The position numbers and the translations under genes were made by a program. Positions 41,150 to 51,868 of a stretch of DNA of 64,000 nucleotides are shown here, piece by piece. Position 1 is the first letter of the stretch, and each line of letters opens with the position of its first letter. Location: the NCBI GenBank assembly GCA_036172245.1, contig JAYWIR010000094.1, positions 1 through 64,000 on the forward strand, in the 5' to 3' direction. The notes beneath the pieces are model-generated. The model searched no databases and was not told the origin of the DNA. It saw only the letters and a program-made list of their open reading frames with translations. This stretch comes from Raillietiella orientalis (lineage: Eukaryota).

Positions 41150-41830
41150 GGCAAAAGGCAGCGACTTTCCTCCAAGGAATCAAGTGTCCCTATGTACCGC
41201 AGTATGGTCACTAACGCTGCGATCCCGAGTGTTTTTTGGAAGGGACTTTTCTGCAGGACGGATCTGCTCTCCATCCTCGACCGGACATCTATGTTTCCGG
41301 AAGTACATGTTGCAGGTGAAAGCGATCCCTTCAGTGGACGTGAAGTGACCCTTAGCCTCTGAGAACAGTGCCACTTTCCCCATCAATTGACAGGAGCCCG
41401 CATTGCTGGTGTTGCATCCGGCAATCCCAGGAACAGCGCGCTTCCATTTTTGAACACGGGGGATAGATGCTGCCAGTTGTGGAGAATGCAACTAGAAAGA
41501 TACCTTTCCTCACCTGTGCTGCCGTTCGCACTCTCTGAAATTATTTCTTCACCAAACTCGGAATGCAGGTGGGCGATGTCAAAGACATTTTTCGAGGCTT
41601 CTTCCTGGGTGCCGTTCGTTCGCCAGCCGCCTCCCTGGAGGTTCTCTGCTGCGTCTGCGAAATCGTGGCAGCCTTGAACTCTAGAAAAAGTGGTCCTTAT
41701 GGTTGTGATGCCATCCACTGGGCAGGAATCTTTCTACAGAATGATACCGGAAGTCTCCACCTGGGTGAAGCGACAACAAGACTTGGACACATCCTGGACA
41801 GGATGCAGAGGATGCCTCCCGAAGAAATGG
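41150..41830 (-). mobile_element. Probable decayed RT remnant of a different non-LTR lineage
   Basis: Ordered weak motifs: PGGDFR/IIL (RPI), ASKNVFDIAH (SKAFDxxxH), VFKNG, GLPDATP (GxPQGxP), LRYIG (YLG). Confidence 0.4.
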
Positions 41831-42492
41831 GATCCATTCACACGCACAAATTCATCCCAGGAAACCACTCTTTTATTTTCTCGGGCTATTTTTTTTCCAT
41901 AGTTGCGAAACGGAACTCACTGGACTACGCACTGGTCATTACAAGTTAGAAGCAAGTGATAGAAGCTCTCCATAGAAAGTAATGCTGGTAAAGCATGGGA
42001 AGGGCGCTGCGGCTGTTGCAATGCGGCTTACCCTGCAATGAGCGCCGCATCAGTTGGACCTTCGACTGCACCTTCGCCGAAACCTCGTTTGGGCGGACGT
42101 GTTTTTTGTTCGCTCCGTCAGCGACTGTCTGGAAAGCAACTTCCCGTTTTTCTTGTATGGTGTTGTGTGGATGCTGTCCGATGAAAGCCTTTGCAGAGGA
42201 CAACGCGATGGAGGTAGGTGTGGGGGAGGTAAATCCCCCCACACCAACCTCGACCTGCAGTGATGATCTCGTATCCTCGCGCCTCTTAACTCTATAGGAA
42301 TGGTGAACGCTTCTTCTTGTTGTCGCCGGCGGTTTTCTTTCGCCCTTGCTCTATGGTGTTCCCACCGTTCCGGTGAGGTGGCATCGGTTGGAAGTGCTTT
42401 TGTGGTGATGCTGCTCTTAGCCAGTCGGTGATTCCGAACACACGGTCGTGGTTGATGCCCCTTTTCAAAGTGCAGCGGAAGTTCTTGCTGCG

Positions 42493-44190
42493 ATGCAAAG
42501 TCATCTTGGATGGTACGGAACAAAAAAATGTCCCGAGTTTCGCTGCATAAATCCCGTCTTTTGTGAATTCAGAAGAAACGTTTACCACTACACTCATCAG
42601 TGCGCAGTATTTCTAAAGAATTTCCTAATTTGGAGGAAGTTTCTTGACTGCGTTGGCTGGTGGTCACCGCATTGCTGCGCGCGTTTGCCCGTACTTGAAC
42701 TATCCTTAGGAACGCGAGGTACTCGTCATCGCCTCCGTACTGCTGAAAGCTGAGTGCGCGTGTTTTGCCAAGTAGGAGAGCCCGATTGCATGCATACATC
42801 AGTCGCATGTCTCTTTGTACATGTGACGTCACTCGATTGGGCGACTTTGAGCTTCTAGTATCCCTTATATGATGCGGAAAACCGCCTGGGGGTACAGTGT
42901 GGCTCCGAAGAGAGTAGTCCCTCTGTAAAGCGAGGAACTGTCCCTGCTTCCGGCGACGCCGCAAATGCATTTGGGATAAGGAAACTGTTTCAGTGACATC
43001 ACTGTTTACGTGTACGCTGTACGCTGCGTCACAAGCCAGGAACAGGTGTGGAAGTGTTTCTGCCAGTACGCTGAGATGAGGATGTTAGGGTTACGCCAAC
43101 GTATGGACGACATCTGTGGGGAGGCCATGCTGCGAATCAAGCTTCTTGCTAATGTCAGCATTCCGGGAATCCTTGCTATCGGAAACGCTCTCAGGTTGTG
43201 CAGGTGCGGCATTAGTTGCACCTTTGAAACGGCTGCAAAGAGCCCCCGTACGCGTTGGCGCCCGGCGTGAGACCTGTTGCTTCAACTTCGTCCAAATCGG
43301 ACACTTCTTCGAGGATTGCTATGTGCCCTCACGGTGTTATCACTGCAAAATGTCAAGCTATAGGAATGAGTGTGAAAGACACTTCAACTTTATCGTGGCC
43401 CCAGGACTGCCTACGCCTGACGAAGTAGAGGAAAGGAATAGTAAGGCGTCTCGCAGGCGTTGCTGCCCCTAACCCTTCACATTCGGCGACTGCGGAGGGT
43501 GGCAGGACTGTGGAGGCGAATCTCTTAGATTGGCAGTAGAAGAAGAAGCCACAGAAGTAAAGGAAGCAATAAAGTGTGAGGGAATTACCTCGTTTCCCAG
43601 ACGCGGTGATGTAAAGCTTTCCGACTGCGGTTGAAAAGCAGAAACCACGGAGTTCGCGCATGAAATGGTCACATCCGCAGAGTCGCTCAATCTGCGCACC
43701 ACGGAGAAACGGTGGAAGCAGCTTCTATCGATCTTCTGCTCCTCAACGAGGCATTTGTCTGCAGTAAAGCAGAAGAAAGGGAGCGCTTTATAGCCCACAA
43801 CCCGCTCAGATAGGCGCGACCGGGAATCATCGACTCGGTGACAGGCAAATTCGTCTGTCGTTTCACTCCCAGATGCGCCGGGGCGTTTATTTTCCAAGTA
43901 AACATGTATGTGTAAGGCAATAGGCCCCACAAGAATGCCAAACAAATTTGGAACTTGCCGAGTGACCGCTACTCAGGCCGGCGGGGATCGGCTCGGCAGA
44001 GGAGGGAGAGGGGACAAACAAAAACAAAAAAAAGAAACGCTATTTTCTAAAGCAGGGGAGGCCGCGGAAGGGATTACTTTCCTCTGGATATCACCTATCT
44101 CTGGATATTCTATCCAGGATAGTCGCGATTTCCATCTGAATACGTCCCAGATGGGTTCATCCGACTGCCGTCCTAAGCAAGCCAAGGGTG
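42493..44190 (+). repeat. Left arm of a near-identical 1.7 kb inverted repeat
   Basis: Mirror coordinates sum to 96059 throughout (42569+53490, 43010+53049, 43908+52151). The inner edge GCCAAGGGTG at 44181-44190 mirrors CACCCTTGGC at 51869. Confidence 0.96.
43010..43472 (+). pseudogene. Gag/ORF1-like remnant with two degenerate zinc knuckles
   Basis: CFNFVQIGHFFEDC (Cx2[C>F]x4Hx4C) is followed by RCYHCKMSSY...EC. The upstream frame 'QVWKCFCQYAE...RIKL....IPGILAIG' resembles Tx1/L1 ORF1. Confidence 0.55.
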
Positions 44191-45466
44191 CATTTCACGG
44201 TCACATTCCCAGAGGTCGTATCTCACGTTCACTGGGATTCTTCTTCCGAACACGTACAAGAGAGGAAATTGTATGCAGAGTTGGTCGAGCCACGAAGACG
44301 CTATGGACGAGGAGCTCGAGTGGAGTGCCTTTCTTGCAGCTCCGCTACGAAAGCGATTGAATTCACAATGGATACGCGCATACGCGGTTCTCAGATCGCA
44401 GCAACCGCTTCCAGGCAGCGAATCTCACGGACGCCCCTACAGAAATTCGACATGACAAAGAAGAGTTGCCGAATGCCAAAGGGGTGAACGAAAAGTGCGC
44501 CGCTGCCGCCTCTCAACGGAACCCATTTCCAACATTACAAGACCGTGGACTGAAGGCCACCAGGCTGTCCAACAGTACATGGAGGGAAATCGGTCCATTA
44601 CGGACTCCGTCCGCTGTCGGCAGCAAAGACAAAAGCATGTCTTTGCTATGGTGAGACGGACAGGTCGAGTGCCTTCCGAGTTCTCCTGGGAACTCTATAT
44701 TCTTCAGGGGCAAACCTCAAGGAGTGGATCCAATGCCAGGATTGACTGCTCCTCAGCCGATCGGCAACCAACTCTGCTTATAGAACGTGCACGGCTAACG
44801 AATTGAAACTACCAAATCAGTGCTCCCTTCTAAAATATCCCAAGCGACAACGAAGATGGTTTGCTAAGCTACCGTAAAGAAGGGATCTTGCGTTGGACCA
44901 CAGCTGTACGCGCTTATCGTTTCTTGACCACACCTTCGTGAGATCCACCTATGTTCTTTTTCTTAGAACAGTATTTACCAGATGCAATTAGTAAATTAGT
45001 AAGAGAACAACGAACTGAAACTTCTCTATTGCTGTTTATTCATCTTGCCATCTTGGGTTTCATGCAAGGAGAGAATCATTCACCAGAACGGATTTCCTCC
45101 GCCTCTGGAAGCCAAAGAATTTTCCAGAGCTTGCCAGCGAAGAGTTTGCCCGCAGGACACGCTTTCAGCACCTCGGATTTTGGATTCCACAAGTTTAAGT
45201 TTAAGGTGTGTCGGTGGATTCGCCTTCTTTTACACTCATTGTTGGAAAAAAAGAAAAGAAAAGGAATGTGCTCTGCACGCATGTCATCGCGTTCACACTT
45301 TTTCTTCCATCCAACGTCGGCCTGCAAACCAAAAGCCCCGAAAATCTCCGAGGTGGGCGAAATCTGCCGCGAAATGCCACAGCAAGTCGGCAGTCTCCTA
45401 TTTTTCACAAACCGACCGTCCAACGTGCCCAGTCCGAGGTGCTGCTGCCGGTGAACACCCCAAAGA

Positions 45467-46093
45467 ATGCTTCCCGGCGAATCCAAAGGAGGGAGGGACA
45501 AGGGCGACCACTTGCGCGGAAAGGTCGACCTCAACCGTCCCAAAGTCGCCAAGGACGACTCCCAAACTCAGTCCGAAATTTTCGAGGCCGCTTACAACGA
45601 CATCATCTCGCAGTTCTGGGACTGGATTAACTGGAAACATGATTTCGATGACAGTAAAATCTCCAAGCAATTCTTATATGATTTTTTTAGGCTGGAGAAG
45701 AACTTCAACGTGCCAGAATTCGAAGCCGTTGAAGTGAAAAGCATGCCGTACGAGCTGTGGATGGATAAAGTTACTGTGTATCCGTCCGTACCCTTAAAAA
45801 CACTGAAGAAAAAAAGGAGAAGCCAGGTCATCGTGCGGAAATATGGAGACTCCTGGGCTGTGAACACCGAAAACTGGAACAGTTTATGCAAAAACACCTT
45901 TGAGGCTGACAGCGAGGAGAAACACAAAGGAGATAAAACGGAATATTTGAGAAAAACGATGGAAATCAAGAAGGACTTGGAGGATTCAATAGGTCCCAGG
46001 CTACTATACCAATATGCGCTCAAAAAGAAGATCCCATTTCCTTTGTTTTTAAAAGACATGCTCCGTGTGCTAGAAAAGAATAGGACCCCTTAG
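45467..46093 (+). CDS. Hypothetical protein (208 aa open frame), probably part of a longer disrupted gene spanning ~45280-46620
   Basis: ATG-started, K/E/D-rich, natural-looking composition, single copy in the window. Protein-like text continues in shifted frames on both sides. No family recognised. Confidence 0.55.
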   Translation: MLPGESKGGRDKGDHLRGKVDLNRPKVAKDDSQTQSEIFEAAYNDIISQFWDWINWKHDFDDSKISKQFLYDFFRLEKNFNVPEFEAVEVKSMPYELWMDKVTVYPSVPLKTLKKKRRSQVIVRKYGDSWAVNTENWNSLCKNTFEADSEEKHKGDKTEYLRKTMEIKKDLEDSIGPRLLYQYALKKKIPFPLFLKDMLRVLEKNRTP

Positions 46094-46623
46094 AAATCCA
46101 ATTGCTTTTCATGTTCTTCATCTGTGAAGAAAAACACGCAAATGCTGTTTGAACGTTGGCAATTGCGTCCAACACCAAACACTCTTTGAGCCTACAGTAT
46201 GGAGACACACACAACGATGCAACTTGATCAGCGAATGACTTGACAGCAATGTAATCTGGTGGCAGACCTTGGTGACTTACCGAACATTCGACAACTGACT
46301 TGCACCTTTGTCTTCCACTGCATGTTTGTTTTTTGCATAGTGCCAACATGCACGCACAAGAGAATGCCCCAATAAAACAACTCAATCCTTGAGACAGGCA
46401 ACACAATTTGCACATCTGAGACAAATTGTATGCACCATAATGTATTCATTCCAATGGAGCACATACACAATACAAGAGGCAAAACTATTCAAACGTTACT
46501 TCAGGGGCAGTGCGAGGTCCTTCTGGGAGACCAACTTGGTCACTGAATTTGGCTGCACATACTTCTATGCACATGGTTCCAAAGTCTTTTTAAAATTTCT
46601 CGAATTGCAACTCTTTTAGCAGC

Positions 46624-47872
46624 CTAAGTCGGGGTCTTCAAAGGCCTTTTTTTATGTGGATATCTCTTTACTGTGTGGCAGTTCAAGCATGTAATTACTA
46701 AATGTTTCTCTCTCCTTGAACGCAATCTATACTGTGCTGAAAATCCAGGATGCAGAAATGAATGGCACTTCTTGCATATTTTACTTTTTATGGATGGCAG
46801 GCTACAAAACAATTAACAGTTGCCATTTTAGCACCAACGTACTTACATTTGGGTTTGCGATTTCTGACTAACAGATATCAAGCTATCACAGTATATGAAA
46901 GCTAGTCCAGAACTTCTTCGATCAGGGTGCGAAACAAGTTGTGCTAACTTCAAACAGAATGAAAACTTATGAATACCTTTCATGGGCAGAAACATAAAAC
47001 AATGCCTTAGATACAGTGTTACAATTGTAATACACATACTGCTAATAAAAACAGGCAGCTGATCAAGTGCCTGAAAAGGCAACTGATGACTATAAAATGG
47101 CTGTTGCACTTATAGATTAAAGTACCTTAAAGGCCTGCAATTTGAAAAACGCGGCAAGTAGGGAAAATGTTGCAACACAACTCACACCTCTAGGGGATGC
47201 TAATACAATAACAAATTGCAAAGTTTACTCCTGGAAAAAACTTGCAATACACAAATCCGAAGTTAAGAAAACGTCAGCCTGCTTTTATTACAATTAATTA
47301 TTAATCTGATGAGGTACAAGAGCATCAAATAAAAATCCTCAAGGAACACTTAAATGGTAATTAATCTTACACTTGATAAAAGGCAACAAATGCTCTTATT
47401 AAGGCTTCCAACTTTTTTGGTGGCAAATTCACATTGTGAGTGATTCTATTAGAAAAGAGGGAAAAGTTCAGTGCAACTTTGAACTTTACAACAAATGCAT
47501 CCACATGTGGGGTCACACTTAAACATGAAATGCTGAATTCACTCAAGATAGAACCCAGTTGACATGACCTGATTCGCACAATATTTGCTTCATGTGATTC
47601 AACTTTAGTTTAAGGCCGCACTGGCATACATAAATATTTAGAGAGTCATATACATGATCAAATAAACCAAGACTGAAGCACTTTCTCAACGAATACAAAT
47701 TTCTTAACTACAGCAATAGGAACCTCAAACATAAAGCACCATTGAATAATTTTCAAAAACTGAACAAACCCATGGTAACTAACGTTTCAAGAACACTTTT
47801 GTATACCTGGAATAAATGATGAATACGCCTTTGGATGTATCTGTTCTGATTCTTTTTGGATTCCTTGGCCAT
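46624..47872 (-). CDS. RPP21: RNase P (or MRP-related) subunit, Rpp21/Rpr2 family; three exons: 47872-47807, 46947-46847, 46801-46624; 114 aa
   Basis: Manual splicing gives an uninterrupted frame: MAKESKKNQNRYIQRRIHHLFQ|LAQLVSHPDRRSSGLAFIYCDSLISVSQKSQTQI|LPSIKSKICKKCHSFLHPGFSAQYRLRSRREKHLVITCLNCHTVKRYPHKKRPLKTPT*. It has two CxxC pairs with Rpr2-like spacing, a basic N-terminus with R-I-x-x-L-F-Q, and the 'KxxICKKCxxxLxPG' motif. Intron 2 (46846-46802, 45 nt) is GTAAGT...TTTTGTAG, phase 2. Intron 1 (47806-46948, 859 nt) is GTATAC...TTTGAAG, phase 0, and less certain; an alternative start at ATG 46983 is possible. Confidence 0.85.
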
Positions 47873-50800
47873 CACAAAAGACGCTCTGAAAACAGGGAAA
47901 GGGTGGCCGAGCACCGCTTGGTGCGGCTCGCTGCGCACATTCCCACTGTTTGACAGACTTTCCGCATGCAACTCGGCGGCGCAGCCCTCAGCACAGAAAC
48001 GAACAAGGGTTACCAAATGCGGGCAATGCTCTTCGAGAAAACCAGCAGCAATATGACAAAGCAAACCAAAGTACATCATCCAAGTTTCTGAAAACACTCT
48101 TTGTTGCATAGTTATGTTCTAATATCGCAGCAGGTCACGTGAATATATCGACACTTCACGATTGTTCTTGATTTTCGATTCCACAAAAGAGAAACTCTAC
48201 ATTTGTAACAAAAAGATCATTGTGACTCTTTGGTAAAGATCCCATTGTGTTCTCGGAACTGCTTCTCTCAATTCGGAAGCTGAGCATACATGCTAATCGG
48301 CTTGAAGGCCATGTCATTCGCAGTCAGGTTTTCTCTTTTTATTGCGAGATGCCAAAACACAGCACTCTTACTTCCATCCATGTTTGAAACTGTTGATTTG
48401 CTCTGAGTAAGCTGCGAGTATTTGCGAATTGTCAAACGCTGGAACTTCCAAGTTCCTTGAATCTCATACGAGCACTTGCAAGTAGGTAATTTATCGCAAC
48501 CTTTGGATGGATGCTTATATCGTAAATAAAATTCATGGTTTGCGTAATAATTTACAGATATTTCAAAGCGATTTGTGCACAGGATTCAGTTGGATTGTTG
48601 ACAGAATTTAACCGTATAACATTTCAGAAGGTTGCACACCCTAAATGACTTGTTATGCACTAAGCGACAGCGCTTCATTTTCCTTGGGCTCTCCTGGTAT
48701 CCTTGGAGATGTTCCATCGATTCTTCCCCGACAGGCTAAGTTGCTCTCGCCTTCTCATTCACCTCTCCTTCTCTATGATCTTCACGCAAAGTCATCAGTC
48801 GGTAGTGAATAGAGATCTCCGCTTCCAGCTGCTCGGAGTAGTAACGCAGCGAGTGATTGATTTCTTATTCCTTCTCATTCCTTCCGTCTTTCGTGAATCC
48901 CACAGCTTTGTAGCCTAGTCTCTCTCTGCCTATCGGCTGTTTTACGTAGCGGAATTCCATCTAGAACTTTAGTGTCTCAGGAACGCTTGCAGATGCCCAT
49001 CCGCGCATCTGCAAGCGTTTTGCAACGCTTTACCCGTGACATTCTCACGGGAACGCAAAGGCCATTCGCACCCAATGTAGAGTCGGAGCGAACTCCTTGT
49101 TCATCCTCTCCGTTCTTTATCCGTTCCATTGCTGATCGATTCCTCACTTCGGTCCTGTATCTCACTCCAAATGCATCCCGTATTGCTCTCCGAATTCGAA
49201 CTCCATGAGCCTTCCGACAGGTGTTGCTCGCAAAGGACTGCAGCAAGGATGGGTAGACAAAGGGAGACTAGAGGAATTTCCGCTTCTGTCATCTACGAGG
49301 GAAGCGTCCTCTAGGCCATGCATCCTGTTCATACTGGCTTTTGGTTTGCGAAAGCAGGTGATCTAACTACCTGCGATTCTTGAGTTCATGCAACCGAATC
49401 CAGTATGGCAGAATGGACCGAGTTGTCAAGCAAATAACTACACTCCCTCACGGTTGGGAATCCGCTGCAGAGGATCGTGGAATGCGTGTTTGATCCTGTT
49501 ACTCCGACCCGTTACAGATCACGGGGAAGCATTCGCATTCCCTACCATGACAAAACTCTTGCCTGAGCAGCCCTTGCCTGTTGCTTCCTGCATTCGAAAA
49601 TAGCAGTCGGTACCTTCGATCATGTGGTCAATTCACAGCACTTCCCAGTGCGTAAGAGGCAAACTGGGCTTTCTGGTAGGAGGTGAGCGTTCCACGGAAA
49701 TCTCAAGCTCCGACGTTGAGCTCCCAGCTACACTCCGATAGGAGTCGCGCTCTCTGCATCCGTGTCTTTATGCATTTCCGGCTCGTAAAAAGACAACCTC
49801 ATTGTCCAAAAAGGCGTTTCTACAGTGAGTAACTTCCTGTATAGCTCCTGCTTCCCCAAGTCATTGTCTCAGGAACACCGCGGCGTTTCGGGTGCCCCTC
49901 GAGTGCGCCGGTTTCGGTGACTGGCGAGGACGGCAAGAAGATCTCAAACGAGCTTTCCCTGTCCTGGCATGCCAGATGTTCCATGTGTTCTGGATAGCAG
50001 CGTTCGAGGTCAGCGGACGGAACGGATGGACTTGAAAGGAGCCCTAAACGCACCTGTGAAAACTTTCAAGATGGTCGTGAGGGCAATCGCGAAGGCAAAT
50101 ACCACAGCTTTTTTCACACACGCTGCAGGCGCCCCCGTGGGAATTCCCTGGTTCTCTCCACAGAAAGCGCCGTTTGCGGACGTACTCATCAGCGCTCCTT
50201 CATTTAAGGCAGGCGAACTAGCCCTCCTTACACTGAACGGTATGGAGTGTCAGCGGAAACTCAGAATACTCGCATTCTTTGCGAAACTATGGACAACGCC
50301 TTGGTGCTATGCAACACGTCTGCTCGAGAAGATGTCAAGCGGCTGCGAAGAGCTCACATCCCTCCTAGTCGCTCGCGAGAGACCGCTGAGACGTTCCAGG
50401 TACCCGCCAACTCTGCCAGATGGTTTCCCTGGTAGAGGAGATCACCCAGATCTGCCTCCTTGCAAACTACACTGCTTGTCTCCAGGAGTCGGTTTTTTCC
50501 TGGGGGAAATTCCACGGAGCGAGCGATGCATGAACGTTCGTGAGTCGTTGAAGAGATCGTCTTCAATCTGCAAAAGATGCAGTGGTTCTCGTTTCTTACC
50601 CTTAGTCCAGTGCTGCCCTTACTAACATACGCCAAATGCTGCGTCATCGAAGAGAGGTGAGATCTGACGTGCAGCATGGCAGCAAAGAAGAAACTTCTGG
50701 GCAGGTGGACAACTCGCGAAGTGGTGGAAGTTGTGACCCCGAATGTGGTGAGCTTCATGCACTTGTAGCATGAGGAGAGCACCTTGGCGTCCGTTCGGAG

Positions 50801-51210
50801 GAGGTGAAGGGCACTTTACCTTGCTGGAAGAGTGGCGCCCTTCCCTCAAGCGGCAAGAGTCGCCGCTGCTGGTGTTGCTTGGAGGAATGCCGTGCAAAAG
50901 CGCGCCAGGCACACTGGACACAGTGTGGCCGCTAAGTGTGGCAGATGTGCGAAGAAGGAGACCTTCCCGCACTTGCTGTTGAGCTGTGCTACCCTCCAGC
51001 TGCTTGGGCATCGCCTCGCGAAGATCCTGAAAACTTCGGCGGTCGACCGCAGGGACATTTCCAAACTCCTCGCGTTCCACTCTGACACCAGCCGCGCCCC
51101 TCTCAGCTCTGTTCTATCTTTTCAGGATTATGGCAACCTAAAACTTTGGAAGAAGAGGTCATAATGTTCGTCCTTTGAGCGTCCACTGAGCGCGAGTCTT
51201 CCTGAGGAAT
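46718..51210 (-). repeat. Inverted, diverged homologue of array segment ~6770-11253
   Basis: Colinear ORF homologues, e.g. 47856..48056 vs 9915..10115 and 48972..49208 vs 8760..8996. Confidence 0.93.
48690..51210 (+). mobile_element. Family C LINE remnant, inverted copy upstream of intact Rpp21
   Basis: ORFs 49969..50625 (KAGELALLTL) and 50832..51164 (KCGRCAKKETFPHLLLSC). Confidence 0.7.
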
Positions 51211-51215
51211 TCCAC

Positions 51216-51740
51216 GTGTTGGCCTCGTCAGACACTATCCTTACGGATCTTGCCAGCCTCCTAAACCCAGCCTCCTTCCAGCACAGGTGGGACTACCTGA
51301 GGGAGCACTTAGTCTGTAACCATCCCAAGGAACAAGATTTCCGATGCAAGTTCTCAGTAACAGAGAGAGAGCAAAGTAGTTGGACAACGAGCCAGCTATC
51401 TGATGCCGCGATCCGAAGTACCCCACTGGAGGGTCTGTTGCGCTGGGGAGAGTTTCTTAGTATCCTTCGGGAAGAAATCGAGTGGGCCCCAGTGCTGAGG
51501 AATACTCAGGTCCTCCACCCGAAATGGCAGCAGTCGGCGTTCCTGGTGCTGCTCTGGGGATTCCTCAGCAACGCCCGCCGATCTCACTAGAAGTTGGAAC
51601 AGTGGACCCGCGAACAGTGTCAGGTACGGGCAGCGGGATTCCCTCCCGCACCTGCTTCTTTACTGCGTTGCCCTCCAGCCCCTGTGGTTGCGTTTCTCAA
51701 CGGCTTAAGGTTCACCTTCTAACGCTCCCGGAAACGTGAG
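51216..51740 (+). mobile_element. Family B LINE ORF2 C-terminal fragment; shorter copies on the minus strand at ~3035-3300, ~13190-13455 and ~24165-24430
   Basis: The translation WTTSQLSDAAIRS...WGEFL...WAPV...KWQQSA..LLWG.L.NA aligns by eye with 60378..61079. It is followed by a frameshifted C...RDSLPHLLLYC finger remnant at ~51617-51666. Confidence 0.7.
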
Positions 51741-51868
51741 CAAGCACCTCTATGTGCGCAACGCACTTTCGTTTCCTCAGCCCTAGAAGCCCTTTGCTGC
51801 CTGCGTAAGATTATGACTGTTTGGAGCTACGCCACCGGTGACCAGCACGATAGGGACGCCATCTGTTA

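Noticed and set aside
45440..45470. In-frame TGA joining 44951..45454 to 45467..46093 as selenocysteine or an alternative genetic code
   Set aside because: A single instance in pseudogene-rich DNA. The upstream ORF crosses a duplication boundary at ~45190, and no supporting pattern was seen.
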